DNA of 64,000 bases from a virus: IMG/VR virus record IMGVR_UViG_3300017754_001832. One strand, given 5' to 3'. Positions 45,221-54,337 of this stretch are shown one piece after another (within the stretch, counting starts at the first letter, position 1; the number at the start of each line of letters is the position of its first letter). The notes beneath the pieces were generated by a model. The model saw only the letters and a list, made by a program, of their open reading frames with translations. It was not told where the DNA came from and did not search any database. A program made the position numbers and the translations under genes.

Positions 45221-45819
45221 CAGACGTTCTCCAGCCCGAGTTGTCTCAGGTATTCGGTTTCGAGCGCGTTGGCGATCTCGTCTTCCATGTCGGGCCAGAT
45301 GCCCTTGCGCCCGCTCGCGCCGATCAGGGCTTGTGCGACCGAAGGACCATAGAGGAGCCAGAGGCTCTTAGCCAGCCGGCGCGGTCTGTAGGCCCCCGAG
45401 GGCTTGCCCGGTGAGCGCACGGCCAGCATCGTCGACTCTCCGCCCGCCTTGCCTACGCCAAGCAGGAACGCGCCCGGCAGGGCTCGCTGGCCTCCGGGTT
45501 GGACCTCGACTTTGATCTTGCCCTTCTTCGCGTTCGTGTTGGTCACGAAGCGTGCGAGGCCCGTAGGCCGCGACGCGGCGGTGAGCTTGCCTTCGAGCTT
45601 CCCGGCGCCCGCTGAGAACTGCTCGATCTTGCCGTCCTGCCCCGTGAGGTAGCGGGCAGGAAAGGCCACCTGCTGCCGCAGCATGCGGCCCGAGCGGGCC
45701 CGTGCGTCACGCAGGGTGCGGTTGATCGCACGCTGTGCGGCGATCTGCGACTTCTTCGGGATGTCTTCGAGATCGCGGAGAGACTTGATGCCGAGGATCG
45801 TCACGGAGAGGTTGGACAT
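45220..45819 (-). CDS. Minor tail / tail completion protein, gpZ-like (199 aa)
   Basis: N-terminus SVTILGIKSLRDLEDIPKKSQIAAQRAINRT resembles the gpZ family. Synteny also fits. Confidence 0.65.
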   Translation of the reverse strand: MSNLSVTILGIKSLRDLEDIPKKSQIAAQRAINRTLRDARARSGRMLRQQVAFPARYLTGQDGKIEQFSAGAGKLEGKLTAASRPTGLARFVTNTNAKKGKIKVEVQPGGQRALPGAFLLGVGKAGGESTMLAVRSPGKPSGAYRPRRLAKSLWLLYGPSVAQALIGASGRKGIWPDMEDEIANALETEYLRQLGLENV

Positions 45820-46260
45820 TTACTCCTCCGGAGGAAGAGGCAGCCCGGCCGAGTCTGCGGAATCCTGGCGCGTGACGCGAGCCGTGATCGTTTCCTGATC
45901 GTGCGGCTCGACCACGTCGATGTAGTACGACTCGCCACTCGTGACGGAGATCACATCGCCGCGCGCCGGGCTGATGCCCGCGTCTTCGAGTTCGGTGCGC
46001 CAGAAGATAACCCTCGGGACCGAGTCGAACCGCTCTGCGCTGTTGAGTGATGTGCCGGCTTGATCGCCGAGCTTCATGCCCTTCTCGTGGATGCGAACTT
46101 CCACGACGGGCAGGCCGTGCATGTTGCCAGAGGTCGAGCCCGAGAACGACGTGCTGTTGGAGTCGTTCTCGGGTGATCCGCCGACGAGATAGACGGCGCG
46201 GACCTTCAAAGTCTGGTGGACCGTTTCGCGGGCCGCCCGTTTGATGTCGCGCCATCCCAT
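45820..46260 (-). CDS. Head-tail connector, gpFII position (146 aa)
   Basis: Synteny. Contains ENDSNST. Confidence 0.55.
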   Translation of the reverse strand: MGWRDIKRAARETVHQTLKVRAVYLVGGSPENDSNSTSFSGSTSGNMHGLPVVEVRIHEKGMKLGDQAGTSLNSAERFDSVPRVIFWRTELEDAGISPARGDVISVTSGESYYIDVVEPHDQETITARVTRQDSADSAGLPLPPEE

Positions 46261-46261
46261 C

Positions 46262-46657
46262 TCAGTCTACCTTCTTCGCTGCCCCATTGAGGCCGGCGCC
46301 GAGGTCGGTCAAGTCGCGACGACGGCGGGTGGTTGTGGTCTTCTGTTCTGCTGCGGCCTTGGCGTCTGCGCGAACCTTGTCCGCTGCTTCCTTCATGGCC
46401 TTCTTCACCGCGACCTTTTCCGCGAGGCCGGGGGTCTCGGCGTCGAGACGCATACGGCGGGTCTTCGGATTGACGCGGGGGAGTTTAGCGAGAAATTCCT
46501 TCGCCTCTTTCGAGTCTGCCATTGCGGCGAAACCCTGCGCGAGGAGCGACTCGGCTTCCTTGTCCACGATGTCGGCGATCTCTCCGCCGTAGAACTTCGT
46601 GGGTCCGTCTTTGCCCACCTCGGTCGAGGTGGTGCCAACGAATAGTGCGATCTGCAT
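46262..46657 (-). CDS. Hypothetical head-associated protein, gpFI position (131 aa)
   Basis: Synteny. Strong RBS within the shared 17-mer CAGCACTAGAGGGAACT. Confidence 0.55.
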   Translation of the reverse strand: MQIALFVGTTSTEVGKDGPTKFYGGEIADIVDKEAESLLAQGFAAMADSKEAKEFLAKLPRVNPKTRRMRLDAETPGLAEKVAVKKAMKEAADKVRADAKAAAEQKTTTTRRRRDLTDLGAGLNGAAKKVD

Positions 46658-46730
46658 GTAGTTCCCTCTAGTGCTGATGGACTAAGGGGGCGGCCCGAGA
46701 GCCACCCCCTGTCCGGTTGACCAACTCGGG

Positions 46731-47801
46731 TTAGGAGTTGGAGTCTTCTTCCACGACCCGAGCATGGAAGCTGCGGTTCGGGAACGGCGAGATGGCGAGC
46801 GGCGCCGACTGCGTCATGATGTTCATCGCGGACGGGTCTTGCTCGACCCACATCTTCGTGAACACCGGCTGAGCGATCAGGTTCTCGATCTCCAGGATCG
46901 CGCCGTAGGCCGACACGCCACCGTAATCGGCAGCCGTGATGACCAGGTCACGCGGGTTCATGATGTCCACGTGGTTGCCGCTGTTGTCCTCGTAGAAGTC
47001 CTCGTAGAGGACCAGCGTGAGGCCCGGCAGCGAGCCGACCACGGTCCACGGAGCATCCGGCGTGCGCGCTTGGATCAGCGAACGCGCGATGGAGTTGCCC
47101 TCGCCGCCACGGACGTTGGTGTCCATGAGTTCGAGCAGCTTCGTGTTCGAGCGCATGACGCGCCAGACTTCACGACCCATCGTGACAACCGAGCCGCGTC
47201 CGCCGAAGTCAGCGTTCGCCATCGCGTCGGTGTATTCCTGGAGTTGCGCCACGATGTCCGTGGTGGAGTCCCAGAGGCCGGTCGTCTTGATGTCCGTGAG
47301 CGCGGTGTCGCGGCCATAGTCAACTTCGACGGTCGGGCCGTCCTGATACTCGACCAGCACCTTGCCGTAGGTCACGGCTTGGAAAGCCATGATCTCCTGG
47401 CGCCGCTCGATGATCTTGCGGTGATGCTCAAGGATCGCGGCGATCTCCGCGTCGCGGTTCTGAGCCGGCGAGCGAGGCGAGTCGTCGTAGAGGTTGCCGG
47501 GGCGGCGCGTGAACTGCTCGCCGGGGATCACCGGGTCTTTCAGCTTGATATAGGCCGGGCTGAAGGACGCGGCGGTCGAGCCACGGCGCCGGTAGGACGG
47601 GCGGCCGGGGTTCTGCGGCAGAGAGAACGTCGCGACCTCGCGGTTGCCGACGATCTTTTCCCAGATGATCGCTTGCTTGTCCGACTGGAAGATGTTGGAC
47701 GAGAAGCCGCCGAGATTCCGCCAGTAGTTGCTGACGGTTTCGAGGCGCTGGTCGCGGAATACGCCCAGCAGCGCACGGGGGGAGAGAACTTCGAGAGACA
47801 T
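46731..47801 (-). CDS. Major capsid protein, lambda gpE family (356 aa)
   Basis: Size, position after the decoration protein and general gpE-like sequence. C-terminus VVEEDSNS. A hairpin follows the gene. Confidence 0.8.
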   Translation of the reverse strand: MSLEVLSPRALLGVFRDQRLETVSNYWRNLGGFSSNIFQSDKQAIIWEKIVGNREVATFSLPQNPGRPSYRRRGSTAASFSPAYIKLKDPVIPGEQFTRRPGNLYDDSPRSPAQNRDAEIAAILEHHRKIIERRQEIMAFQAVTYGKVLVEYQDGPTVEVDYGRDTALTDIKTTGLWDSTTDIVAQLQEYTDAMANADFGGRGSVVTMGREVWRVMRSNTKLLELMDTNVRGGEGNSIARSLIQARTPDAPWTVVGSLPGLTLVLYEDFYEDNSGNHVDIMNPRDLVITAADYGGVSAYGAILEIENLIAQPVFTKMWVEQDPSAMNIMTQSAPLAISPFPNRSFHARVVEEDSNS

Positions 47802-47840
47802 TGGGGCGGCCCTTTCTTATCGGCTGCTGGACGGCGGGGG

Positions 47841-48290
47841 TTAGGACGGGGTGCCGGGGGTTGCGGTTGCGATCTGATCGACGCCGAGGGGCGTGCGGTC
47901 GAGAGCGCGGCGGAGGAGGGCGAGAGACCACGAAGCATCTTTCGCGATGACATCGTAGTTGAAGACGCCGTCCGTGTAGTAGGACACGTCCGTCACGTCG
48001 GCGCCGACTTCCGAGTTGGAGTCGCTGCCGCCCGAGTTGGAGTCATCGACCGCCACGACGGCGGAGGTGATGCCAACCGGCTCTTGCGAGCCGTCGGTGG
48101 CCGTCTGGACGGACGGAACGATCAGGCCCGTGCCGGTGACGCGGCCAACGAGCGTGTTGACGGGGATGTCAACAGTCGTCTTGCCACGGCCAACCATGGT
48201 GGGGGCCTTGAACCACAGACCGTTCGTCTGCGTGAAGGTGTCCGAGCTTTGAACCGGGACGCCGGGCGGGTTTGAAGTGAGGGCGGTCAT
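47841..48290 (-). CDS. Head decoration protein, gpD-like (149 aa)
   Basis: Position between the protease and the capsid gene. Contains DDSNSGGSDSNSE. Confidence 0.7.
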   Translation of the reverse strand: MTALTSNPPGVPVQSSDTFTQTNGLWFKAPTMVGRGKTTVDIPVNTLVGRVTGTGLIVPSVQTATDGSQEPVGITSAVVAVDDSNSGGSDSNSEVGADVTDVSYYTDGVFNYDVIAKDASWSLALLRRALDRTPLGVDQIATATPGTPS

Positions 48291-48327
48291 GTGACTTACT
48301 CCGTGGGGGTCTCAGGGGCTCGGCGGC

Positions 48328-49644
48328 TTAGTGCTTCGCGGTTGACTTGGGCTCGCCGAAGCGAGCGGCGAGGACGCGGGCCGCAGCAGCCGCATCTTTC
48401 TGTTCGGCGGTCATCTGCTCCTGCGTTTCCGAAGCAGCAGCGCCAGGGCCTTTGCCGGCGTCCGCCATGAGCTTGTCGAAGGCCGGGTTGCCGCTGTTGG
48501 TCGCGGTGTCGGCTTTCGGCTCGACCTTGGCCTCTTCCGGCATCTTGCCGAGGAACGCCTTGGCCTGATCGACCGTCATGTCCGTGTCCATGGCGCACGC
48601 TTCAGCGGCGGCCGGGCGGGTCTTGGCTTCGTCCAGACCCTTGATCGCGACGATGCGCTGCTTGGCTTCGGCACGGGCGGTCGCGGCGGCAGCCGCAATG
48701 GCGGCATCGTGATCGGCCTGCGGGACGGTCTTGGCTTCGGTTGACATCCTAGTATCTCCTGTGTCGCCCATGAGGTGGGCCGCAAATTCACTCATCGCCT
48801 CATCGAAGGCGCCAATGGCGTCGGCGAGTTGTTCCGTTACAGCCTCACTGGCGGTGAAAGTCAACGCCTCAGTCTTGCGGACTTTTGCGTCGCTGATTCC
48901 ACGGTTGCGGGACACCTGCGAACAGAACACGCCGTAGGTCTCGTCGATGCGGGATTGGATGCGGTCTTTCGCACCTTCCGAGAGGGCCTGGTACGGGTTG
49001 CCGTCCACCTTGTGTTTACCCGCGTAAATGAAGGTGATCTCGACGCCTTCCATCTCCATCGCCTTGGCGAAGTTGATGTGCATCGTGACCACGCCAATCG
49101 AGCCCACGCCACCCGTGCGGGAGACCGTGATCCGCTCTGCGGCGGAGGCCACCGCGTAGCCGGCGGAATAGGCGTGCTCGTGCGAGAAGGCGCGGATCGG
49201 CTTGACCGAGCGCGCGGCGTAGATGCGGTCGCAAAGCTCGAAGCACCCCGCGACGTGGCCGCCGGGGGTGTCGCAGACGAGGGCGATGCCCTTCACTTCG
49301 GGATCGGCGAGGCCGCGTTCGAGGGCCTTCTGGATGTAGTAGTATCCGGTGGCATACGAGCCAGCGGCATACGGGAAGTTGTGGAGCAGCGCACCCTTGA
49401 CGGGGATGTGCAGGATGCCCGCCTTGACGGTGTAGGGCTTGTACGCGGACTGCCAATCACCGGCTTGCGGCCAGTAGTCGTCGTGCATCATGTCGCCGTT
49501 GGCCGCAGCCATCAGCGCCGGGAAGTGGGTGTCTGCCGCTAGAGCGCGAATGCAGGCCGTGATGCGGTTCGACTGATCCGGAGCGACGAGGATCGGATCG
49601 AAGTCACCGCCGACGAGCGTGGAGAGTGCGAGGGGCTGGCTCAT
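48328..49644 (-). CDS. S49 family head maturation protease / scaffold, gpC-like (438 aa)
   Basis: GIALVCDTPGGHVAG and HAYSAGYAVASAA (ClpP/SppA-type Ser). Ala/Glu-rich C-terminal scaffold-like half. Confidence 0.85.
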   Translation of the reverse strand: MSQPLALSTLVGGDFDPILVAPDQSNRITACIRALAADTHFPALMAAANGDMMHDDYWPQAGDWQSAYKPYTVKAGILHIPVKGALLHNFPYAAGSYATGYYYIQKALERGLADPEVKGIALVCDTPGGHVAGCFELCDRIYAARSVKPIRAFSHEHAYSAGYAVASAAERITVSRTGGVGSIGVVTMHINFAKAMEMEGVEITFIYAGKHKVDGNPYQALSEGAKDRIQSRIDETYGVFCSQVSRNRGISDAKVRKTEALTFTASEAVTEQLADAIGAFDEAMSEFAAHLMGDTGDTRMSTEAKTVPQADHDAAIAAAAATARAEAKQRIVAIKGLDEAKTRPAAAEACAMDTDMTVDQAKAFLGKMPEEAKVEPKADTATNSGNPAFDKLMADAGKGPGAAASETQEQMTAEQKDAAAAARVLAARFGEPKSTAKH

Positions 49645-51350
49645 TCGGTTACGTCCTTCTTCTTCTCTTTCTTCGCCGGGTCCGTTTCGTTCGAGTCACG
49701 CGCGTCGCCGCTGATGGCGTTCTGCATGTTCGGGTCTTGGTCTATCGGCATCAGATCGTATTCCTTGAGAAGTTCCTTCTCGCGTTTTTTCTGCTTTAGC
49801 ACGCGGCGCCAATCGGCGCCATATGTGCGCGCAAGCTCGCGCTCCAGCGTCGAGAGGTTGTTGTTGATCTTCAGGACCGAGGCTTGCGTTTCCTTCAGTT
49901 CGTCGATCTGGTCGCGGCCAACGCCGAGCCATTCGCACTGCGTGTAGGCATCGCGGTTCATGCCCTCGTAGAAGTCGGGCTTGCCCTTCATGGTCTCCAG
50001 AAGGCCCTTGCCGACGGCCTCCTCGAACCACAGGCGGTAGATGTAGGTCGCGAAGCGATCCGCCACCATCCGCTTGCGCGAGGACATCGTCTTGTCGGTC
50101 TGGTTGAGCGCGGCGCGCAGCGACGAGTAATTCGACTGCGACGTGTCGCGGCTGAGTTCTTCGTAGGACACGCCGAGGTTCGCCGCGATGTAGCGGAGCA
50201 GGGACGACTCGAACTCGGTGCCGAGCGGGCCACCCTTGCCGGCCGGGCGCAGTTCGAGCTTCTGGCCGGGGAACAGGTGCGGGATGCGAACGCCGTCGAT
50301 GGAGAGCGAGCGCGATCCACCGGAGTATTCGTTGACCGCGCCGAGGTAGTTCTCGGCCCACGTCACGAGGTTGTCGTCGTCGCCAGTTCCCAGAGCCTCA
50401 TACGCCTGGCTCGGAAGCTCGGCTTCGATGGAAGCCGCGAACGTCGCGTTGACGACCGCGTTCTGGAGGTTGATGTCGCGCCACTTCTTCGTGATCCGCA
50501 TCTCTTTGAGTGCGGACACGAGATCGGAGATGCCGCGCGTCTAGTCGATGCGCTGTTGCTCCATGATGTGGATGATGCGCTGGCGGCCCCATGCGGTGCG
50601 GGCCGGATAGTTCGACCACTTCGAGGCATCCTCGGGCCGGGACATCGCAACGTCTGACGGGTGCGCGTCGCGAATCCAATAGCTGATCGGAGCGCCATAG
50701 TAGTCACGCTCGACGCCGGCACGCAGGCGGCCCTGCGGCAGCCCACCATACGGGTTCGAGAGACGGTCGCTCTCGATCATCTGGATCGCGGTCTGATAGG
50801 GCCGCGCCATCGACGAGCGCATGTATTCGGCGGAGGCGAGGACTTCGCCGCTCGCGAGGTAGACGCCGACCGCAAGGCGCACGAGGCCCGTCAGCGTGTT
50901 GTGGCGCGAAGCGTCGGGCCAGTTGTCGGGGCTCTCTGCCCACAGACCGAACTTGCTCTCGACCTCTTCCTGAAATTCCTCTTCCCACTTCTCGTCCTTG
51001 ATGCCGAGAGCGAGCGCGTTCGGCTTGGCCGAAAGCATGAACATCGAGCCGACCACGCCGTCCCGGTGGAGGCGTTCGCCGGCTTGCACGTAAGCGTCGT
51101 TCCGCAGCACGTCGCGTGCCCGGCCGGTGGCTTCGTCCCGTTCGTCGAGGATGTCCGCGTCGGCGGAACGCAGGGCGGGCGACCAGAGGGCCAGGTCGCG
51201 GTTCGTCTTCGACGCGCCTTCATGCGCGCCGCCTACAAGGGCGAGGTCTCGGCCCGGCCGCACGCGAGAGGGTTGCGCGTTTGACCGGGACCGATCCTCT
51301 CCCGAGGGAGCTTCGATTCCGAGGATGTCTTCAATGCTGCGACGAGTCAT
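49641..51350 (-). CDS. Portal protein, lambda gpB family, interrupted by an in-frame TAG at 50541-50543
   Basis: The two track ORFs 49641..50519 and 50541..51359 share a frame, with 7 sense codons plus one TAG between them. SYEELSRDTSQSNYSSLRAAL is portal-like. ATGA start at 51350. Confidence 0.8.
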
Positions 51351-51583
51351 CCCATCCACACCTTGATCGGGCCAGAGCGCGTAGACACTTCGGCGAGTTG
51401 ATCCGTGAGTTCCTGAATGTAGGCTTTCAGCGCCGCACGGTTGGCCGGCGTGTATTCCACCCGCTCACCGTTCTGATCGACGACCACACGCGGCGCTCCG
51501 CCGACGACGAGGTTGTGATACGCGGTCTCGGCAGCGGTCTTGCGCGCCGTCAGAGTCGCTATTTGTGCGGATGTAAGCGCCAT
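51347..51583 (-). CDS. Head-tail joining protein, gpW-like (78 aa)
   Basis: Internal ATG after GAGGG (MALTSAQIATL...). Position between terminase and portal. Confidence 0.65.
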   Translation of the reverse strand: MALTSAQIATLTARKTAAETAYHNLVVGGAPRVVVDQNGERVEYTPANRAALKAYIQELTDQLAEVSTRSGPIKVWMG

Positions 51584-51645
51584 ATCTGAGCCCTCGGCAT
51601 GATTGCAAGCAATAACCTTGAGCCGCCCGGAATGCAACCGGACGG

Positions 51646-53721
51646 TCAAGCCATGGATTCTCCCAAGGCGGAGAGCTTCTTACGGGGCTTTGCCTTGCTC
51701 ACAAAGCCACCTGCGGCGGGGCCCGAGATCACGAGATCGTTGTGGTCCCATTCCTTGGCCCAACCCGGCGGTGTGTCCCAATCCATCGTCTCGCCACGGA
51801 TGCGCGCGTCGATCTGGAGAGACACGACGTAGTAGAGCAAGTCCCACGCTTCGTTGCGGCGACCCTTGCCGGTCGTCTCCCACCCTTTCGGTGTGCGGAC
51901 CTCGGCGGTCAACTGCGTGTAGAGCCAATCCTCGGCCCAACGAGGGAAGTGAACCATGCCGCCGCCGGGCTCGGTCCTGCCGAGCATCGCGTAGGCCGTG
52001 TCCTTCTGGAGGTTCGAGTTGATGAAGCCCACAGGGATGTCGCCGCGTGCGCCGGCCTTGCGATCCTTGCGCTGCGAATCCGGGTGATGGATTTTGTATC
52101 GCTGCGCAGTCTTCGACGGCTCGCCCTTCAGCAGTTGGAACCGTTTGTGGTGGCCGCCCGGGTGAGTGTCGCGGAGCCAGCGCCAGAAGTTGTAGGCGTT
52201 CGTCGTGACGCCTTCCTTACCGCCCGAGTCGCAGCCCACGAGCTTGATCTGCATGTGGCGGCCCGAACCATCGGCGAGCGGGTACGTGCGCTCGATCACC
52301 TGATCGACGAGCAGGTGCCAATCTTCAGGATACGCGGCGGGGTCGATGGGCTCGGGGTCGCCGTCCACGTCGAGTCGGAGCGACTTGCGAATCTTGAACA
52401 TGTCCACGTGCCAGACATCGCCACCAACGCCGAAGCCGTAGACATGCACGACGAAGGTCGAGCGCATGCCGGCCTGCACGTCGATGGTCGCCATCATGTA
52501 GCGGACACCGTGAGGCACGACCGGCTCGCGTTGTGAGCCACCCCAATCCTCGGCGCGTGCCTTCAGTTCCTCGGGCAGGCGCTCGGACATCAGCGCCTTC
52601 GGGATGTACGCCTCGCCCTGGTCCACGTTGACGGTGGACTTCAGTGATTGCTCGGAGCCGGTCTTCTCGTATTCCTCGCTCGCCTTCAGGAAGTTGAAGA
52701 CGAGGGTCTGCCATGTCGCGAACGCGGCGGCCGGGCCCTTGAGCCAGAAGCTCGCGATCTCGCTTCGCACCGGAGTCCCCGTGATGCGACCGTCCTGCTG
52801 CCAGACCTGCCCGTCGCGAATCCATTTGCCGCCGAGGTTGAGACGGTGCTTCTGCGAGTGCTGGATGTGCGTCAGGCAGTGCGGGCACTCCATGGTGGCG
52901 CGCTCGGACTTGAACACGTCGTCGCCTTCCTCGGGCCACTGAAGCAGGCTGAAGGACGGCTCGAACTTGCCACGGCAATCAGGGCACTCCCAGAACCAGC
53001 GGCGCCGGTCGCCACGGTTGAACAGCGAGAGGATGCCCTTGGTCGGCGGAGCTTCGTGCTTGCTGCTGGCGATCCACTTCGGGTTGTCCACCGTGAAGCC
53101 CGGCGAGGACTCCGCCACGGTCATGCCGAAGCGGCGGAACGTCGTCGCGCGTTTGCGTGCCAGATCGAAGGGCGAGCCTTCGCCGTCGATGTCCTCGGGC
53201 ATGCGGTCGTAGTCAGTGAGCCACAGGCGCGGGATCGGCTTACCCGAGAGTTCGGAGATCGCAGGGTGGCCGAGGGTGAGCAGCATCCCACTGCGGAACT
53301 GCGTGTCGAACACGTTCTCGTCGAGCGTCCTCTCGCGAAGCTGCGGCACGTCGCGATAGAGACGCGAGAGACGACGGAGCGAGAAGTCGCGGGCTGCCGT
53401 GTTCGTCGGGTTGATGATGAACATGTCTGCCGGATCGCAGATCGCGGAGTACGTGACCCAACTCAGGAATGGGTCGGTCTTACTGGCCTGCGCCGGGCCG
53501 ACAAACACTGCACCCGTGTATTCGTGGGAAGTCAGCGTGTCCTGAAACTCGACGCTGTAGGGCGCGATGCTGCGGATGTACGGGCCGACGTAGTTGCCGG
53601 GGTTGTCCATCCAGCGATACTTCTCGGCGGCCTCGGTGACAGACAGGCGCTCGGGCGGGCGCACGGTCTCAGCCGCAGAAGCGACCATGTCTTCGAGACA
53701 GAGGAACTTAGGCCCCTTCAT
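51646..53721 (-). CDS. terL: Terminase large subunit, lambda gpA family (691 aa)
   Basis: Walker A-like VFVGPAQASKTD. Size and synteny fit. Zinc-finger-like CPDCRGKF...CPHC. Confidence 0.9.
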   Translation of the reverse strand: MKGPKFLCLEDMVASAAETVRPPERLSVTEAAEKYRWMDNPGNYVGPYIRSIAPYSVEFQDTLTSHEYTGAVFVGPAQASKTDPFLSWVTYSAICDPADMFIINPTNTAARDFSLRRLSRLYRDVPQLRERTLDENVFDTQFRSGMLLTLGHPAISELSGKPIPRLWLTDYDRMPEDIDGEGSPFDLARKRATTFRRFGMTVAESSPGFTVDNPKWIASSKHEAPPTKGILSLFNRGDRRRWFWECPDCRGKFEPSFSLLQWPEEGDDVFKSERATMECPHCLTHIQHSQKHRLNLGGKWIRDGQVWQQDGRITGTPVRSEIASFWLKGPAAAFATWQTLVFNFLKASEEYEKTGSEQSLKSTVNVDQGEAYIPKALMSERLPEELKARAEDWGGSQREPVVPHGVRYMMATIDVQAGMRSTFVVHVYGFGVGGDVWHVDMFKIRKSLRLDVDGDPEPIDPAAYPEDWHLLVDQVIERTYPLADGSGRHMQIKLVGCDSGGKEGVTTNAYNFWRWLRDTHPGGHHKRFQLLKGEPSKTAQRYKIHHPDSQRKDRKAGARGDIPVGFINSNLQKDTAYAMLGRTEPGGGMVHFPRWAEDWLYTQLTAEVRTPKGWETTGKGRRNEAWDLLYYVVSLQIDARIRGETMDWDTPPGWAKEWDHNDLVISGPAAGGFVSKAKPRKKLSALGESMA

Positions 53722-54337
53722 CTTCGTCCACCTCTATCGAGGGGTCGGGCCCGTGGTCGAGCGCGCTCAGCGTGTTCTGATGCTTCGGCATCTCGACAAG
53801 AGCCCGGTAGAGGTCTTCACGGAGCGCGTCGACTCTGGCGATCAGGGCGAGGTACTGCTCGCGCGGCATCCCCGCTTCACGCTCCACGTCGTCGGCCCAC
53901 ACCTGCGTCGTCTGCTTGATCCGCTTGAACGCCTCGGCGAGGACCGAGAGCACGCTCTCGGTCGGCCAGAGTTCGCCGGCTGCCTGCTGATACTTGAGCC
54001 GTTTGTTTTCCGCGTCCCAGAACTCTTTGCGGAGCATCGGGGGAAGTTCCGTCGGGTTCATGGTCTTGATGTAGTCGCGGATGTCGAAGCGCGGCTTGAT
54101 GAGGTAGGAGAGCGCCAGCAGCGGGTCGTAGAGTTCGGAGCCCGACATCTTCCCGATGGCAGGGCAATCGCTCAGCCGTTTCTTGACGGTCTTGCGATCC
54201 ATGCGCGTGAAACCGCCAAGCCACGTGAGCGAGACCCCCTTGCGGAGCTTCGCCCAATCGGTCTCGACCGTTTCGCGCTCGACCTCCTCGGCTTCGTTGC
54301 CGAGCAGATCGTCGAGGTTGCGGCGGCTGCGCGCCAT
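53708..54337 (-). CDS. terS: Putative terminase small subunit (209 aa)
   Basis: Lies directly upstream of and overlapping terL. N-terminal HTH-like segment. Confidence 0.55.
   Translation of the reverse strand: MARSRRNLDDLLGNEAEEVERETVETDWAKLRKGVSLTWLGGFTRMDRKTVKKRLSDCPAIGKMSGSELYDPLLALSYLIKPRFDIRDYIKTMNPTELPPMLRKEFWDAENKRLKYQQAAGELWPTESVLSVLAEAFKRIKQTTQVWADDVEREAGMPREQYLALIARVDALREDLYRALVEMPKHQNTLSALDHGPDPSIEVDEDEGA

Noticed and set aside
26526-48290. Reading DSNS as the bacterial N-glycosylation sequon D/E-X-N-X-S/T
   Set aside because: With Asn at position 0, the +2 residue is A, G, D, E, N or Q in nearly all copies. It is Ser or Thr only once (DSNST). The PglB-type sequon therefore does not fit.
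50541-50543. Genome-wide TAG-to-Gln recoding as the explanation for the portal amber codon
   Set aside because: TAG is the apparent terminator of genes ending at 25853 and 26227 on the same strand. It also ends several + strand genes (for example at 1562, 6016, 14728, 18914 and 21288). I saw no suppressor tRNA in the window.
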